Assembly: GCA_965227515.1 (NCBI GenBank)
Contig: CBDDFZ010000001.1
Location: 1,984,001 to 2,048,000 of the forward strand
DNA length: 64,000 nt
Direction: 5' to 3'
Source of the DNA: Alphaproteobacteria bacterium
GTDB lineage: Bacteria > Pseudomonadota > Alphaproteobacteria > CALKHQ01
In this document: positions 38,915-48,628 of the stretch, piece after piece
How the letters are laid out: each line of letters opens with the position of its first letter
How positions within the stretch are numbered: the first letter of the stretch is position 1
Translations under genes and position numbers: made by a program
Notes under the pieces: generated by a model
Databases searched by the model: none
What the model saw: only the letters and a program-made list of their open reading frames with translations
Told to the model about the DNA's origin: nothing

Positions 38915-40201
38915 ATGGCTCATCGAGCTTTCACCATGCTGGGCGCGGCGGCGCTGGCGATGGCGGTTGCCACGCCGGCTCTGGCGCAGACCGAGCTGCG
39001 CATCACCTGGTACAACGACGGCAACGAGGGCGAGGTCCTGCGTGACCTGCTCGACCGGTTCGAGGCCGAGAACAGCGACATCACGGTGGCGCTGGACGTG
39101 GTGCCTTACCAGGCGATCCTAGAGAGCCTGCCGGTGCAGCTGGCGGCCGGCGAGGGCCCCGATCTGGCCCGCGTGACCGACCTTGGCGGCCTGTCCCAGC
39201 ACTACATGGACATGACCCCCTACCTCAGCGATGCGGCCTATTGGGAAGAGAACTTCGGCCCGTTCCTGAAGTGGCTGCGCGCGCCGGGCGACGAGACCAG
39301 CATCAACGGGTTCATGACCCAGCTCACCATTACCGGCCCCTACGTCAACAAGACTCTGTTCGAGCTGGCCGAGGTCGACCTGCCCGGTGACGGCGCGACC
39401 TGGGAGGATTGGGCCGCCGCCGCCAACGCGGTCGCCGACGCGTTGGACATTCGCATTCCGCTGGCGATGGACCGTTCCGGCCACCGCTTCGCCGGTCCGG
39501 CGATTTCCATGGGCGCGCAGTACTTCGACGCTGACGGCAACCCCGCCGTGATCGACGATGGGCTGAAGGCGATGGCGCAGCACATCTACGACTGGCACCA
39601 GAACGGCACCATGACAAAGGATCTGTGGGGTTCGGTCTCCGGCACCACCTATGTCGGCGCCAACGAGGAGTTCGCGAACGCCGAGGTCGTGATGTACATG
39701 TCCGGCTCGTGGCAGATCTCGCAGTTCGCCGACACCATCGGCGATGCGTTCGACTGGTGGGCGATCCCCAACCCGTGTGGGCCGGCGGCGTGCACCGGCA
39801 TGCCCGGCGGCGCGGCACTGGTCGCCATGGCCGGCACCGAGCATCCGGAAGAGGTCGGCCGGCTGATGGACTATCTGTCCAGCGCCGAGGTGCTGAACGA
39901 GTTCTATGGCCGCACCCTGTTCATTCCCGGCCACATCGGGCTCGCCAACTCCGGCGTCGACTTCCAGACCGACAATGCGCTGGCCAAGCATGCGCTGGAG
40001 GTGTTCGCCGGCCAGGTGCCGCTGCTGTCGCCGGTCGCTTTCGACCTCCAGGGCTACGTCTACAACCGCATCATCTTCAACGCGGTGATCAGCCGGCTCG
40101 GCCAGGCGATCGTCGACGAGATGACGCTGGACGAGGCCTATGACCGCATCGCCCAGGACGTCGCCGACCAGATCGCGGAACGCGAACGCGACGACGGGTA
40201 G
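38915..40201 (+). CDS. Carbohydrate ABC transporter substrate-binding protein
   Basis: Signal peptide; family-1 SBP features (GEGPDL, YVNKTLFE, SGSW). Confidence 0.9.
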   Translation: MAHRAFTMLGAAALAMAVATPALAQTELRITWYNDGNEGEVLRDLLDRFEAENSDITVALDVVPYQAILESLPVQLAAGEGPDLARVTDLGGLSQHYMDMTPYLSDAAYWEENFGPFLKWLRAPGDETSINGFMTQLTITGPYVNKTLFELAEVDLPGDGATWEDWAAAANAVADALDIRIPLAMDRSGHRFAGPAISMGAQYFDADGNPAVIDDGLKAMAQHIYDWHQNGTMTKDLWGSVSGTTYVGANEEFANAEVVMYMSGSWQISQFADTIGDAFDWWAIPNPCGPAACTGMPGGAALVAMAGTEHPEEVGRLMDYLSSAEVLNEFYGRTLFIPGHIGLANSGVDFQTDNALAKHALEVFAGQVPLLSPVAFDLQGYVYNRIIFNAVISRLGQAIVDEMTLDEAYDRIAQDVADQIAERERDDG

Positions 40202-40213
40202 GCATCCGGATTG

Positions 40214-40297
40214 CGTAGCCCGGATGGAACGTCAGCGTAATCCGGGGACGGTCATTCGGCTGTTGCCCCGGATTGCGCTTCGCTTCATCCGGGCTAC
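40214..40297. repeat. GTAG-type REP doublet (REPIN)
   Basis: CGTAGCCCGGATGGAACGTCAGCGTAATCCGGGG ... CCCCGGATTGCGCTTCGCTTCATCCGGGCTAC between the SBP and permease genes. Confidence 0.88.
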
Positions 40298-40309
40298 TCG
40301 GCTGCCGCG

Positions 40310-41344
40310 ATGACCGACACCGATCATAAGCCGCGCACCGGCCCCTCCGTCATGGAGGGGCTGGGCGTCGTTCTGGGCGCCCCCTGGACGCTGTTGATGC
40401 GGGCCATGGAATGGCCGATGGCCGGCATCCAGAAGCTGATCGGCGTCAAGGGGATGCCGTACATCTTCCTCATCCCCAACCTGCTGTTCTTCGGCACCTT
40501 CGTGTTCGTGCCGCTGATCATCAATTTCGGCTATTCGCTGACCGGCGGCGACAACCTGTTCCTGGCCGACCGCACCTATGTCGGCGGCGAGCAATACGGC
40601 CGGCTGTTCAACTGTGACAACTACTTCGACGTCTCGACCTGCGAGCAGGACTATTTCTGGCGCGGCATCTACAACACCATCGTGTTCGTGGTGTTCCAGG
40701 TCGGCTTCCTGGTCGGCTTCTCGCTGATCACCGCGGTGGTGCTGAACAAGGCGATCCCCTGGCGGGGATTCTTCCGCGCGGTCTACTTCTACCCCGTGCT
40801 GCTGTCGCCGGTGGTGGTGGCGCTGATCTGGAAGTGGATCCTGCGCCCGTCCGGCGTGCTGAACGCCGTGGTGGTGGAGCCGGGCGCCGACCCGGTGCCG
40901 TTCCTCAACGACGCCACCTGGGCGATGTTCTGGTCGATCTTCGTGTCGATCTGGGCCCACATGGGCTTCTACACGCTGATCCTGCTCGCCGGGCTGCAGG
41001 CGATTCCGAAGGACCTCTACGAGGCGGCCGAGATGGACGGCACGTCGAAAATGCGCACCTTCTGGCGCATCACCCTGCCGTTGCTGTGGCCCAATATGAT
41101 CGTCGTCATCGTGCTGGCGCTGATCAAGTCGGTGCAGACCTTTGACGAGATTTTCGTGCTGACCGGCGGCGGGCCGGGCACCGCCACCCAGTTCATCGTG
41201 CAGTACATCTACGACCGCGGCTTCGCGACCAACGAGCACAATTTCGGCCTCGCCTCGGCGGCGTCGGTGGTGCTGGGTGTCGTCCTCTTGATCCTGACCC
41301 TGGCGCAGCTCTGGTTCGCGCGCCGGCGCGAGCGCAGGGGCTGA
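40310..41344 (+). CDS. Carbohydrate ABC transporter permease
   Basis: LAGLQAIP..LYEAAEMDG EAA loop; TGGGP. Confidence 0.93.
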   Translation: MTDTDHKPRTGPSVMEGLGVVLGAPWTLLMRAMEWPMAGIQKLIGVKGMPYIFLIPNLLFFGTFVFVPLIINFGYSLTGGDNLFLADRTYVGGEQYGRLFNCDNYFDVSTCEQDYFWRGIYNTIVFVVFQVGFLVGFSLITAVVLNKAIPWRGFFRAVYFYPVLLSPVVVALIWKWILRPSGVLNAVVVEPGADPVPFLNDATWAMFWSIFVSIWAHMGFYTLILLAGLQAIPKDLYEAAEMDGTSKMRTFWRITLPLLWPNMIVVIVLALIKSVQTFDEIFVLTGGGPGTATQFIVQYIYDRGFATNEHNFGLASAASVVLGVVLLILTLAQLWFARRRERRG

Positions 41345-41348
41345 CGCG

Positions 41349-42401
41349 ATGGGCACGGTTGCCAAGTTCCTGACCCGCACGCGCTATCCGCACCGCATGC
41401 ATTGGACCGACTATGCCGCCTGGGCCTATCTGGCGCTGGGCGTGTTCCTGATGTTCGGGCCGGTGCTGTGGCTGGTGATGTCGTCGTTCAAGACCCAGGC
41501 GGGCTTGCAGGAATACCCGCCGACCTTGCTGCCGCTGTCGCAGATCGAGGTGGAGGTCGAGGGATATGACGACCCGCTGCCGGTCTACAGCGCCACCATG
41601 CCTGACGGGACGGTGCGGCAGCTCGCCGAAATCCGTCGCCTGGGCCCGATCTCGCAACTCATCGACCCGGCGAACCCGGACGAGATCATCCAGGTCAGGA
41701 TCGACGAGCGCGAGCCGGTGCGCGAGCTGGGCCTTGCCGTCGACAACTACATCAAGCCCTTGGACCAGTTCAATTTCTGGACCTATTTGTGGAATTCGGT
41801 GGTCGTCACCGCGGTCGCCACGTTCGTCACCCTGGTCATCAACTCGATGGCGGCCTACGCGCTCTCGATCTACGAGTTCAAGGGGCGCGATTTCACCATC
41901 GTGCTGGTGATCGGCACGCTGATGATCCCGATTACGGTGATCCTGGTGCCGGTCTACCTGGTGGTGACCGAACTCGGCATGGTGAACACCTTATGGGGGG
42001 TCATATTGCCCGGGGCGGCGACGCCCACGGGCGTGTTCCTGTTGCGACAGTACATGCTGACCATCCCGCGCGAGCTGATCGAGAGCGCGCGCATGGACAA
42101 GGCGTCGGAGTGGCGCATCTATTGGCGCATCGTCATTCCGCTGTCGCTGCCGGCGTTGGCGGTGCTGGCAATCTTCTCGGTGATGTGGCGGTGGAACGAG
42201 TTCCTGTGGCCGCTGATCGTGCTCAACGATTCCGACAACTACACGCTGCAGGTCGGCCTCAATGCCTTCCAGGGCGAGCTGCAGGTGCAGTGGCACTACG
42301 TGCTGGCGATGACCGTGGTGACGCTGCTGCCGGTGACCCTGGTGTTCGCGTTCCTGCAACGCTTTATCACCACCGGCATCGCCAACACGGGGATGAAGTG
42401 A
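41349..42401 (+). CDS. Carbohydrate ABC transporter permease
   Basis: IPRELIESARMD EAA loop; WNEFLWPL. Confidence 0.93.
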   Translation: MGTVAKFLTRTRYPHRMHWTDYAAWAYLALGVFLMFGPVLWLVMSSFKTQAGLQEYPPTLLPLSQIEVEVEGYDDPLPVYSATMPDGTVRQLAEIRRLGPISQLIDPANPDEIIQVRIDEREPVRELGLAVDNYIKPLDQFNFWTYLWNSVVVTAVATFVTLVINSMAAYALSIYEFKGRDFTIVLVIGTLMIPITVILVPVYLVVTELGMVNTLWGVILPGAATPTGVFLLRQYMLTIPRELIESARMDKASEWRIYWRIVIPLSLPALAVLAIFSVMWRWNEFLWPLIVLNDSDNYTLQVGLNAFQGELQVQWHYVLAMTVVTLLPVTLVFAFLQRFITTGIANTGMK

Positions 42402-42422
42402 CCGTGCTTGTCTTCAAGCAAG

Positions 42423-42510
42423 GTCATGCGCGGACTTGTTCCGCGTATCCACGCCTTGGGCGAGGTGTGGCCAACAAGACGTGGATGGTCGGGACAAGCC
42501 CGACCATGAC
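42423..42510. repeat. Palindromic intergenic repeat (GTCATGCGCGG..ATCCACG / CGTGGAT..CATGAC)
   Basis: Full two-arm member of the 1991-2082 family inside the ABC operon. Confidence 0.8.
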
Positions 42511-42542
42511 GATTGTGAGTTGCGATGGGGGCGGCGCGCACG

Positions 42543-43556
42543 GTGACTAGACCCCTGATCTTCATGGACCCCGATCCGCGCACGCCTGAGATGGTGCTGA
42601 CCGACGACACCCGCGCCGCGCTGGAGGCGATGGGCGACTTGGTGGTCCATTTCGGCGGCCGCGCGCCCGACGACCTGGTCGAGCGGCACCTGGCCGACAT
42701 GGCTGTTTTGGTCGGGCAGACCGCGATGCCGGCCGAGCGGCTGGACCGCGCGCCGAACCTGCGCGCCATCATCAATGTGAAGGGCAATTGGGAGCCCAAT
42801 ATCGACTACGCCACAGCCCATGCGCGCGGCATCCACGTGCTGTCTGCTGCGCCCGCGATGGCGCCCGCGGTGGCGGAGGCGGCACTCGGCTTTGCCATCG
42901 CGCTGGGCCGCGGCATCGTGCACGCCGACCGCGCGTTCCGCGAGGGGCGGGAGGCCTATGGCATCGCCGGCAACCGCGACGCGGTGAGCCTCTATGGCGC
43001 GCCGGTCGGGCTGATCGGCTACGGCAATCTGGGCCGTGCGCTGGCGCCGTTGCTGCGCCCATTCGGCGGCCGCCTGATGGTCCACGACCCCTGGCTGTCG
43101 GATGGCTATCTGCGTGCCGAGGGGCTGGAGCCGATGGCCCTGGACGAGCTGCTGCGCGCCTCCCGGTTCCTGTTCGTCCTGGCCGGCGTCACCACAGAGA
43201 ACGAGGGGTTCCTGGACCGCGCCAAGCTGGAATTGTTGCCGGACGATGCCTGCGTTGTGCTCGCCAGCCGGGCCGAAGTGGTCGACTTCGACGACCTGGT
43301 CGCGCTGGCCGATGCCGGGCGGCTGCGCGTCGCGTTCGACGTGTTTCCGCAGGAGCCGGCGCCGGCGGACGCGGCCGTGCGCAATGTCGGTGGCAAGACC
43401 ATCCTGTCCGCCCACCGTGCCGGCGGCATCGCCGCATCCTATGCGCGCATCCGCGAGATGATGGTCGACGACATCGGCCAGATCCTGGCCGGCCTGGCCC
43501 CGCAGCGCCTGCAACCCGCGGTGCCGGCCCAGGCCGCGATCATGCGGAGCAGGTGA
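42543..43556 (+). CDS. D-isomer-specific 2-hydroxyacid dehydrogenase family protein
   Basis: GLIGYGNLG, HDPW, SRA, DVFPQEP, HRAG; GTG start 42543 (or ATG 42525). Confidence 0.88.
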   Translation: MTRPLIFMDPDPRTPEMVLTDDTRAALEAMGDLVVHFGGRAPDDLVERHLADMAVLVGQTAMPAERLDRAPNLRAIINVKGNWEPNIDYATAHARGIHVLSAAPAMAPAVAEAALGFAIALGRGIVHADRAFREGREAYGIAGNRDAVSLYGAPVGLIGYGNLGRALAPLLRPFGGRLMVHDPWLSDGYLRAEGLEPMALDELLRASRFLFVLAGVTTENEGFLDRAKLELLPDDACVVLASRAEVVDFDDLVALADAGRLRVAFDVFPQEPAPADAAVRNVGGKTILSAHRAGGIAASYARIREMMVDDIGQILAGLAPQRLQPAVPAQAAIMRSR

Positions 43557-43566
43557 AGAGGGACGC

Positions 43567-44682
43567 ATGTCAAATCTCAGCCTGATCAACATCAACAAGT
43601 CGTTCGGCACCACCCAGGTGATCCACGATGTGTCGCTGGAGATCGCGCACGGCGAGTTCGTGGTGCTGGTCGGCCCGTCCGGGTGCGGCAAGTCCACGCT
43701 GCTGCGCATCACCGCCGGCCTGGAGCAGGCCACCTCCGGCGACATCATGATCGACGGCGAGCGGGTGAACGGGGTGCCGGCGTCCGACCGTGGGCTGGCG
43801 ATGGTGTTCCAGTCCTACGCGCTCTATCCGCATATGTCGGTCTACAAGAACATCTCGTTCGGGCTTGAGAACGCGCGCATGCCGCGCGACGAGATCGACG
43901 CCCGCGTGCGCCAGGCCGCCGAGATGCTGCGCATGACCGACTATCTGGACCGCAAGCCGAAGGCGCTCAGCGGCGGCCAGCGCCAGCGCGTCGCCATCGG
44001 CCGCGCCATCGTGCGCAACCCGAAGATTTTCCTGTTCGACGAGCCGCTGTCCAACCTGGATGCCGAACTGCGCGTCACCATGCGCAAGGAGCTGGCGGCG
44101 CTGCACAATTCCATCGGCGACACGATGATCTACGTGACCCACGACCAGGTCGAGGCGATGACACTGGCCGACCGCATCGTGGTGCTGCGCGACGGACGGA
44201 TCGAGCAGGTGGGCTCGCCGCTGGAACTCTACAACCGGCCGCAGAACCAGTTCGTTGCCGGGTTCATTGGCTCGCCGAAGATGAACTTCCTGCCGGCGCG
44301 GGTGGCCAGTGCCGATGCCACCGGCGCGCAGCTGGAGATCGACGGCGGCGGCACGCTCAGCCTGCCTTATGCGGTGGGCCACGCGACGCCCGGCGACCGG
44401 GTTACTGTCGGCGTGCGGCCGGAGCATTTCGAGGTCCACTACGAGCCGTCGCAAGAGCGGCCCACCGATATCAGCGTCAACATCGACCTCGATGAGCAGC
44501 TCGGCGGCGAGACCTATTTCTACTGCACGTCGGAGACCGGCACGCCGCTGACCATCCACCAGCCGGGCCAGCAGGCGCCCCACGCCGGCCAGCAACTGCA
44601 CGTCGCGATCCCGCCCGCCGCCGCCCACATCTTCGATGCCGGCGGCCGGATCCTCGCCAGCGGCGGGGATGCAGGGGGCTAG
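43567..44682 (+). CDS. Carbohydrate ABC transporter ATP-binding protein (MalK/UgpC-like)
   Basis: GPSGCGKS, LSGGQRQR, FLFDEPLSNLD, VTHDQ. Confidence 0.96.
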   Translation: MSNLSLININKSFGTTQVIHDVSLEIAHGEFVVLVGPSGCGKSTLLRITAGLEQATSGDIMIDGERVNGVPASDRGLAMVFQSYALYPHMSVYKNISFGLENARMPRDEIDARVRQAAEMLRMTDYLDRKPKALSGGQRQRVAIGRAIVRNPKIFLFDEPLSNLDAELRVTMRKELAALHNSIGDTMIYVTHDQVEAMTLADRIVVLRDGRIEQVGSPLELYNRPQNQFVAGFIGSPKMNFLPARVASADATGAQLEIDGGGTLSLPYAVGHATPGDRVTVGVRPEHFEVHYEPSQERPTDISVNIDLDEQLGGETYFYCTSETGTPLTIHQPGQQAPHAGQQLHVAIPPAAAHIFDAGGRILASGGDAGG

Positions 44683-44736
44683 CACGGCCAATTGTTGCCC
44701 GCTGTCACCGGTTCCGGAAGCTAGAAGCCGAAGCTA

Positions 44737-45784
44737 GAGCGGGGTCTTTTTTGGAAGAATCGAAAGGGGATTCCCGACTCGGGTGGCAATCTGATTCAAC
44801 GTGTTGGTCTTGAGAGGAGGCTGGCGCGATGGGTCGACCCTATTCGAATGATCTTCGTGAGCGTGCTGTTGCCCGGGTGATGGCCGGTGAGACGGTTCGC
44901 TCTGTGGCATCCGCGTTCGATGTGAGCGTGTCTGCGGTTGTGAAGTGGTCGCAGCGATATCGGCGCACCGGGAGCGTTGCGCCGGGCAAGGTCGGTGGCC
45001 ACAAGCGGATCATATTGGCGCCGCATCGCGACTTCGTGCAGGCTCGTTTGGCTGCCGAGCCGCACCTTCCCTTGCGCTCCTTGCAGCGCGAGTTGGCCGA
45101 TCGCGGCATCCGGGTGAGCTACGGCGCGATCTGGCGCTTTGTGCATGCCGAGGGATTGAGCTTCAAAAAAAACCGCGTTCGCCAGCGAGCAGGATCGTCC
45201 CGACGTGGCGCGGCGCCGCGCGCGCTGGAAGCGTCATCAGGCGAAACTTGATCCCGCCCGCCTGGTCTTCATTGACGAGACCTGGGCCAAGACCAACATG
45301 GCGCCGTTGCGGGGCTGGAGCCGGCGCGGCCGGCGCCTCGTCGGCAAGGCACCGCACGGCCGCTGGCGCACCCTGACCTTCCTCGCTGCTCTGCGCTGCG
45401 ACCAGCTCACCGCACCGTGCGTCTTCGACGGCCCGATTAACGGTCAGGCCTTCCTCGCCTATGTCGAGCAAATCCTGGTGCCGACGCTCAAACCCGGCGA
45501 CATCGTCATCATGGACAACCTGGGCAGCCACAAGGGCAAGGCCGTACGGGCCGCCCTGCGCCAAGCCGGCGCAAGGCTGCTCTTCCTGCCGCCCTACAGC
45601 CCCGACCTCAATCCCATCGAGCAGGTGTTCGCCAAGCTCAAGCACCTGCTCAGGCGCGCCGCAGAGCGCACCATCGACGACACATGGCGGCGTATCGGAA
45701 AACTACTCGACGCGTTCCAGCCACACGAATGCAACAACTACATCGTCAATGCAGGATACGCTTCCGCATAAAACGATCCCGCTC
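44737..45784 (+). mobile_element. IS630-family element
   Basis: CTAG at both ends (TA duplication); IRs GAGCGGGGTC / GATCCCGCTC; split transposase. Confidence 0.92.
44829..45771 (+). CDS. IS630 transposase in two frames joined at an A8 run (45165-45172)
   Basis: OrfA HTH (YSNDLRER..GLSFKK); OrfB DDE (FIDETW, MDNL, YSPDLNPIE); OrfB is in the +1 frame. Confidence 0.88.
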
Positions 45785-45792
45785 TAGGAGAG

Positions 45793-45826
45793 AAGGCCGT
45801 CCCGTTCGCGGGGCGGCCTTTTCTTT
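45793..45826 (+). terminator. Rho-independent terminator
   Basis: AAGGCCGTCCC-loop-GGGGCGGCCTT followed by TTCTTT. Confidence 0.8.
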
Positions 45827-45863
45827 GTGATGGGAGGGCGTTCGCACCAACACAAGAGCTATT

Positions 45864-46040
45864 GTCGCCCTCGCCCTTGTGGCGAGGGCCCATGGATATG
45901 CGGGATCAAGACGAGCCTGGTATGGCCGAATCCTTGCGGTGCAATGCGTATCGTAGTAATGCCACCAAAATCGTGCCTAGCCTTTAATGCGTTGAAATAT
46001 TGGACATAAATGGATCCTCGGGACAGGCCCGAGGATGACG
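45864..46040. repeat. Palindromic intergenic repeat
   Basis: GTCGCCCTCGCCCTTGTGGCGAGGGCCCAT ... ATGGATCCTCGGGACAGGCCCGAGGATGACG; same family as 743-917. Confidence 0.7.
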
Positions 46041-46070
46041 ATCGCGTTTAGTGAGGGCCCGCGCGCCAAC

Positions 46071-47624
46071 CTAATCCTCCGCGTCGACGATCTCAGCGCC
46101 ATTGACGCCCGCGGTCTTGGCAAGCTGCTTCAGCCGCGCCTGCACCGCGTCGCTGTCCGGCACGCTGTCCTGGTTCAGCACCTCCAGCCGCACCGCGTCT
46201 GCATCGATGCGCAGGCGCGCGTGGGTCAGGATCTCCGGCACGCTGGCGGAGAAGCGATGGCCCAGCAGCAGGGCGCGGCCCAGGATTTCCGCGCGCCTGA
46301 GCTCGCTCGGCCGCAGCAGATCGCCGATGGCGGCCTTCACCGTATCGTCCACCTTGCCGCCGTAGCGGGCCAGGATCGTCACGGCCAGGAACGCGCGTTC
46401 CGGGTGAGTGATGCCGACGAACGGGAATTGCAGCAGCCGGGTGAAGCTGTCGCCGGCGCGCACCTTGGCGTGGTCGCGCCATGACATGTCGGTCAGCGCG
46501 CAGGCCGCCAGCCTGAGCCGCCGGTCGGTCTGCGATTCGCCGGTGAACAAATCGTCGGTCCAGTCGGCCAGCGCCTGGCTGAACTCGGGCACCCGCGCGA
46601 TCGGCAGGCCGATGGCCTGTGCCCCCTCCAGCAGCGGATCGCGATACTGCTCCTCTTCGTCGAGCTGGCAGTAGAGCCAGCCCTCGCGCAGCCCGTAGGC
46701 GGAGAACACCGCCCGGTCGGGCTTCAGGTTCTTCAGAACGCGCGACATCACCAGGGCGGCGGCGGGCAGGGTGTCGATGCGCCGGCTCGGCACGTCGGGC
46801 AGGGCCGCGACCTCGTCGGGCGACATGCGCGCGATTTTCTTGGCCAGCCCGCGGATTTCCTCGGCCGGCAGCTCATAGCCATGGACGACGCTGATCGGCC
46901 ATGCGGTCTTGGCGATGTGCACCCGGGCCAGCGCCCGCCAGCCGCCGCCGATGGCGTGCAGCACTGGCTCGGTCAGCAACGGCGGCAGGCTCTCCTGCAA
47001 GATGGCGTCGATCTGCTTCTTGGCGGCGTCGACCCCATCTTCCATCATCTTCAGCACCGGCAGCGCGCCGAGCGGCATGCTAACGGTGCGCTCGCCGACA
47101 TGGTCGCCCACCACCTCCGCCACTTCCAGGCTGCCGCCGCCGATGTCGCCGACCAGCCCCTTCGGCTGGAAGAAGCCGGAGATGACGCCGTAGGAGGTGT
47201 AGTACGCCTCCTCGTCGCCGGTCAGCACACGCGCCTTCAATCCGGTCGTTTTCTTGATCGCCGCGACCAGCGCCTTGCCGTTGCCGGCCCGGCGGGTCGC
47301 CTCGGTCGCGATCACGTCGATGCGTTGCACATCCATCGCCGTGGCGATGGCGTGAAAGCGCTCGATGGCGTGCAGCGCGCTGGCGATCGCGTCGTCGGTG
47401 AAATCGCCGTTCTTGTCCATGCCGGCGCCGAGCGCGCACAGCGCCTTTTCATTGAAGCGCGGGAACGGCGACCGGCTCAGGTCGTCGTAGACCACCAACC
47501 GAATCGAGTTGGAGCCGATGTCGATGACGCCATAGTGCTGCTGCTGGCGGCCGAGCACGCGGTCGGTATCGATCTCGATGGTGCGCGGCGCGGTCTCGCG
47601 CTGCGATGACAGGCCGATGGCCAT
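46071..47624 (-). CDS. ppx: Exopolyphosphatase / Ppx-GppA family
   Basis: IDIGSNSIRL, ATEA.R.A.N, DIGGGSLE, YGLREG. Confidence 0.92.
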   Translation of the reverse strand: MAIGLSSQRETAPRTIEIDTDRVLGRQQQHYGVIDIGSNSIRLVVYDDLSRSPFPRFNEKALCALGAGMDKNGDFTDDAIASALHAIERFHAIATAMDVQRIDVIATEATRRAGNGKALVAAIKKTTGLKARVLTGDEEAYYTSYGVISGFFQPKGLVGDIGGGSLEVAEVVGDHVGERTVSMPLGALPVLKMMEDGVDAAKKQIDAILQESLPPLLTEPVLHAIGGGWRALARVHIAKTAWPISVVHGYELPAEEIRGLAKKIARMSPDEVAALPDVPSRRIDTLPAAALVMSRVLKNLKPDRAVFSAYGLREGWLYCQLDEEEQYRDPLLEGAQAIGLPIARVPEFSQALADWTDDLFTGESQTDRRLRLAACALTDMSWRDHAKVRAGDSFTRLLQFPFVGITHPERAFLAVTILARYGGKVDDTVKAAIGDLLRPSELRRAEILGRALLLGHRFSASVPEILTHARLRIDADAVRLEVLNQDSVPDSDAVQARLKQLAKTAGVNGAEIVDAED

Positions 47625-47673
47625 TTCCCTCTCGCTCGGGTCCCCCGTTCCGCCGCCATGTTACAGGACCCGG

Positions 47674-47720
47674 ACCCTGGATCATAACACCCTGGGTCAT
47701 AACACCCTGGGTCCTAACAC
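47674..47720. repeat. 15-bp tandem repeat x3 (ACCCTGGRTCMTAAC)
   Basis: Units at 47674, 47689 and 47704 differ by single bases. Confidence 0.9.
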
Positions 47721-47768
47721 GCTTGACCCCTACGACCGGCGGAGATCGCGCGCGCCAGAAACTTCGCA

Positions 47769-47801
47769 TTGACATATTATGCGAATGAGAAGCATTCTCA
47801 T
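47769..47801 (+). promoter_or_regulatory. Promoter with Fur-like operator
   Basis: TTGACA at 47769, CATTCT 18 nt later; palindrome ATGAGAA-GCA-TTCTCAT within GCGAATGAGAAGCATTCTCA. Confidence 0.65.
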
Positions 47802-47841
47802 ATCAGAACTTGACCTCGAACCGAATGAGGGTGGGATCGGC

Positions 47842-48444
47842 ATGCTGAGAACGGCAGACCTTTCGGCGGCGCAGCAACTGGTCGTTTGGAGCGCGCGAAC
47901 CTGGGTGACAGGCTTCCGCAACCGGCGCCCGGCGCTGGACGCTCTGGAGCGGGCGTACGCGATGGCCGGCGCGGCGGCGGCCGCGTTCGAGGTCGACGAA
48001 GTGTTCAGCCTGTTGAGCCACGGCGCGCGCCAGACCCTTTGCTTCGGCGCCGGCCACTGCCCGGCGGTGCATCCCGTGGAGGCGGTGCTGGTGAATTGCC
48101 TCGCCGCCTTTCAACAGGGCCGGGATGAGGCCGCCGCCGTGCTGATGAAGCACCTGATGTGGCAGCCGGAGGCGTTCATGGCGAGCGCGCCGGCGCGGCG
48201 CTGGGCACAAGCCATCGATGCCGCGGGCTGGTCGCTGACTTCGGTCGCGCCCGCTACGGCCGCATCGACAAGCCCGGCGGCCAATGACAACCATGGCGAT
48301 GACACACTTGGCAGTGCGGACATGGGCGACGGTGTCCTCGCATTCATGGCGCCCAACCGCGACGGCCTGCCGTTGGCGCTGAACGAGGCACTACTGCGCC
48401 GTGCGCAGCAGGCACCGATGCATCCTCCCATACAACCGCATTGA
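47842..48444 (+). CDS. Hypothetical protein
   Basis: ATG 47842 after GAGGG; Cys-containing helical protein; no family recognised. Confidence 0.65.
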   Translation: MLRTADLSAAQQLVVWSARTWVTGFRNRRPALDALERAYAMAGAAAAAFEVDEVFSLLSHGARQTLCFGAGHCPAVHPVEAVLVNCLAAFQQGRDEAAAVLMKHLMWQPEAFMASAPARRWAQAIDAAGWSLTSVAPATAASTSPAANDNHGDDTLGSADMGDGVLAFMAPNRDGLPLALNEALLRRAQQAPMHPPIQPH

Positions 48445-48628
48445 ACCGTTCCGCCGCCGGCGTCGACCACCCTGCTGAGAGCACTTTTCGTTTGAACTGC
48501 GCCAGCCCGCACCCCACCCGGCCACCCAACGCAAGTATCGTGTCTGGGTGGCCGGGTGGGGGTGCGGGCCGGTACCGACTCAGCGCAAGCGAAAAGCGAT
48601 CTAGTTGGGGAACGACAGGGAGGCGGCC

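Noticed and set aside
44690-44714. AATT...CTGTCACCG as another copy of the RAYT-flanking repeat
   Set aside because: Only about 8 nt match and no partner arm; too weak to call
47674-47720. CRISPR array
   Set aside because: Contiguous 15-bp units without spacers; no cas genes and no CRISPR-like array seen anywhere in the window
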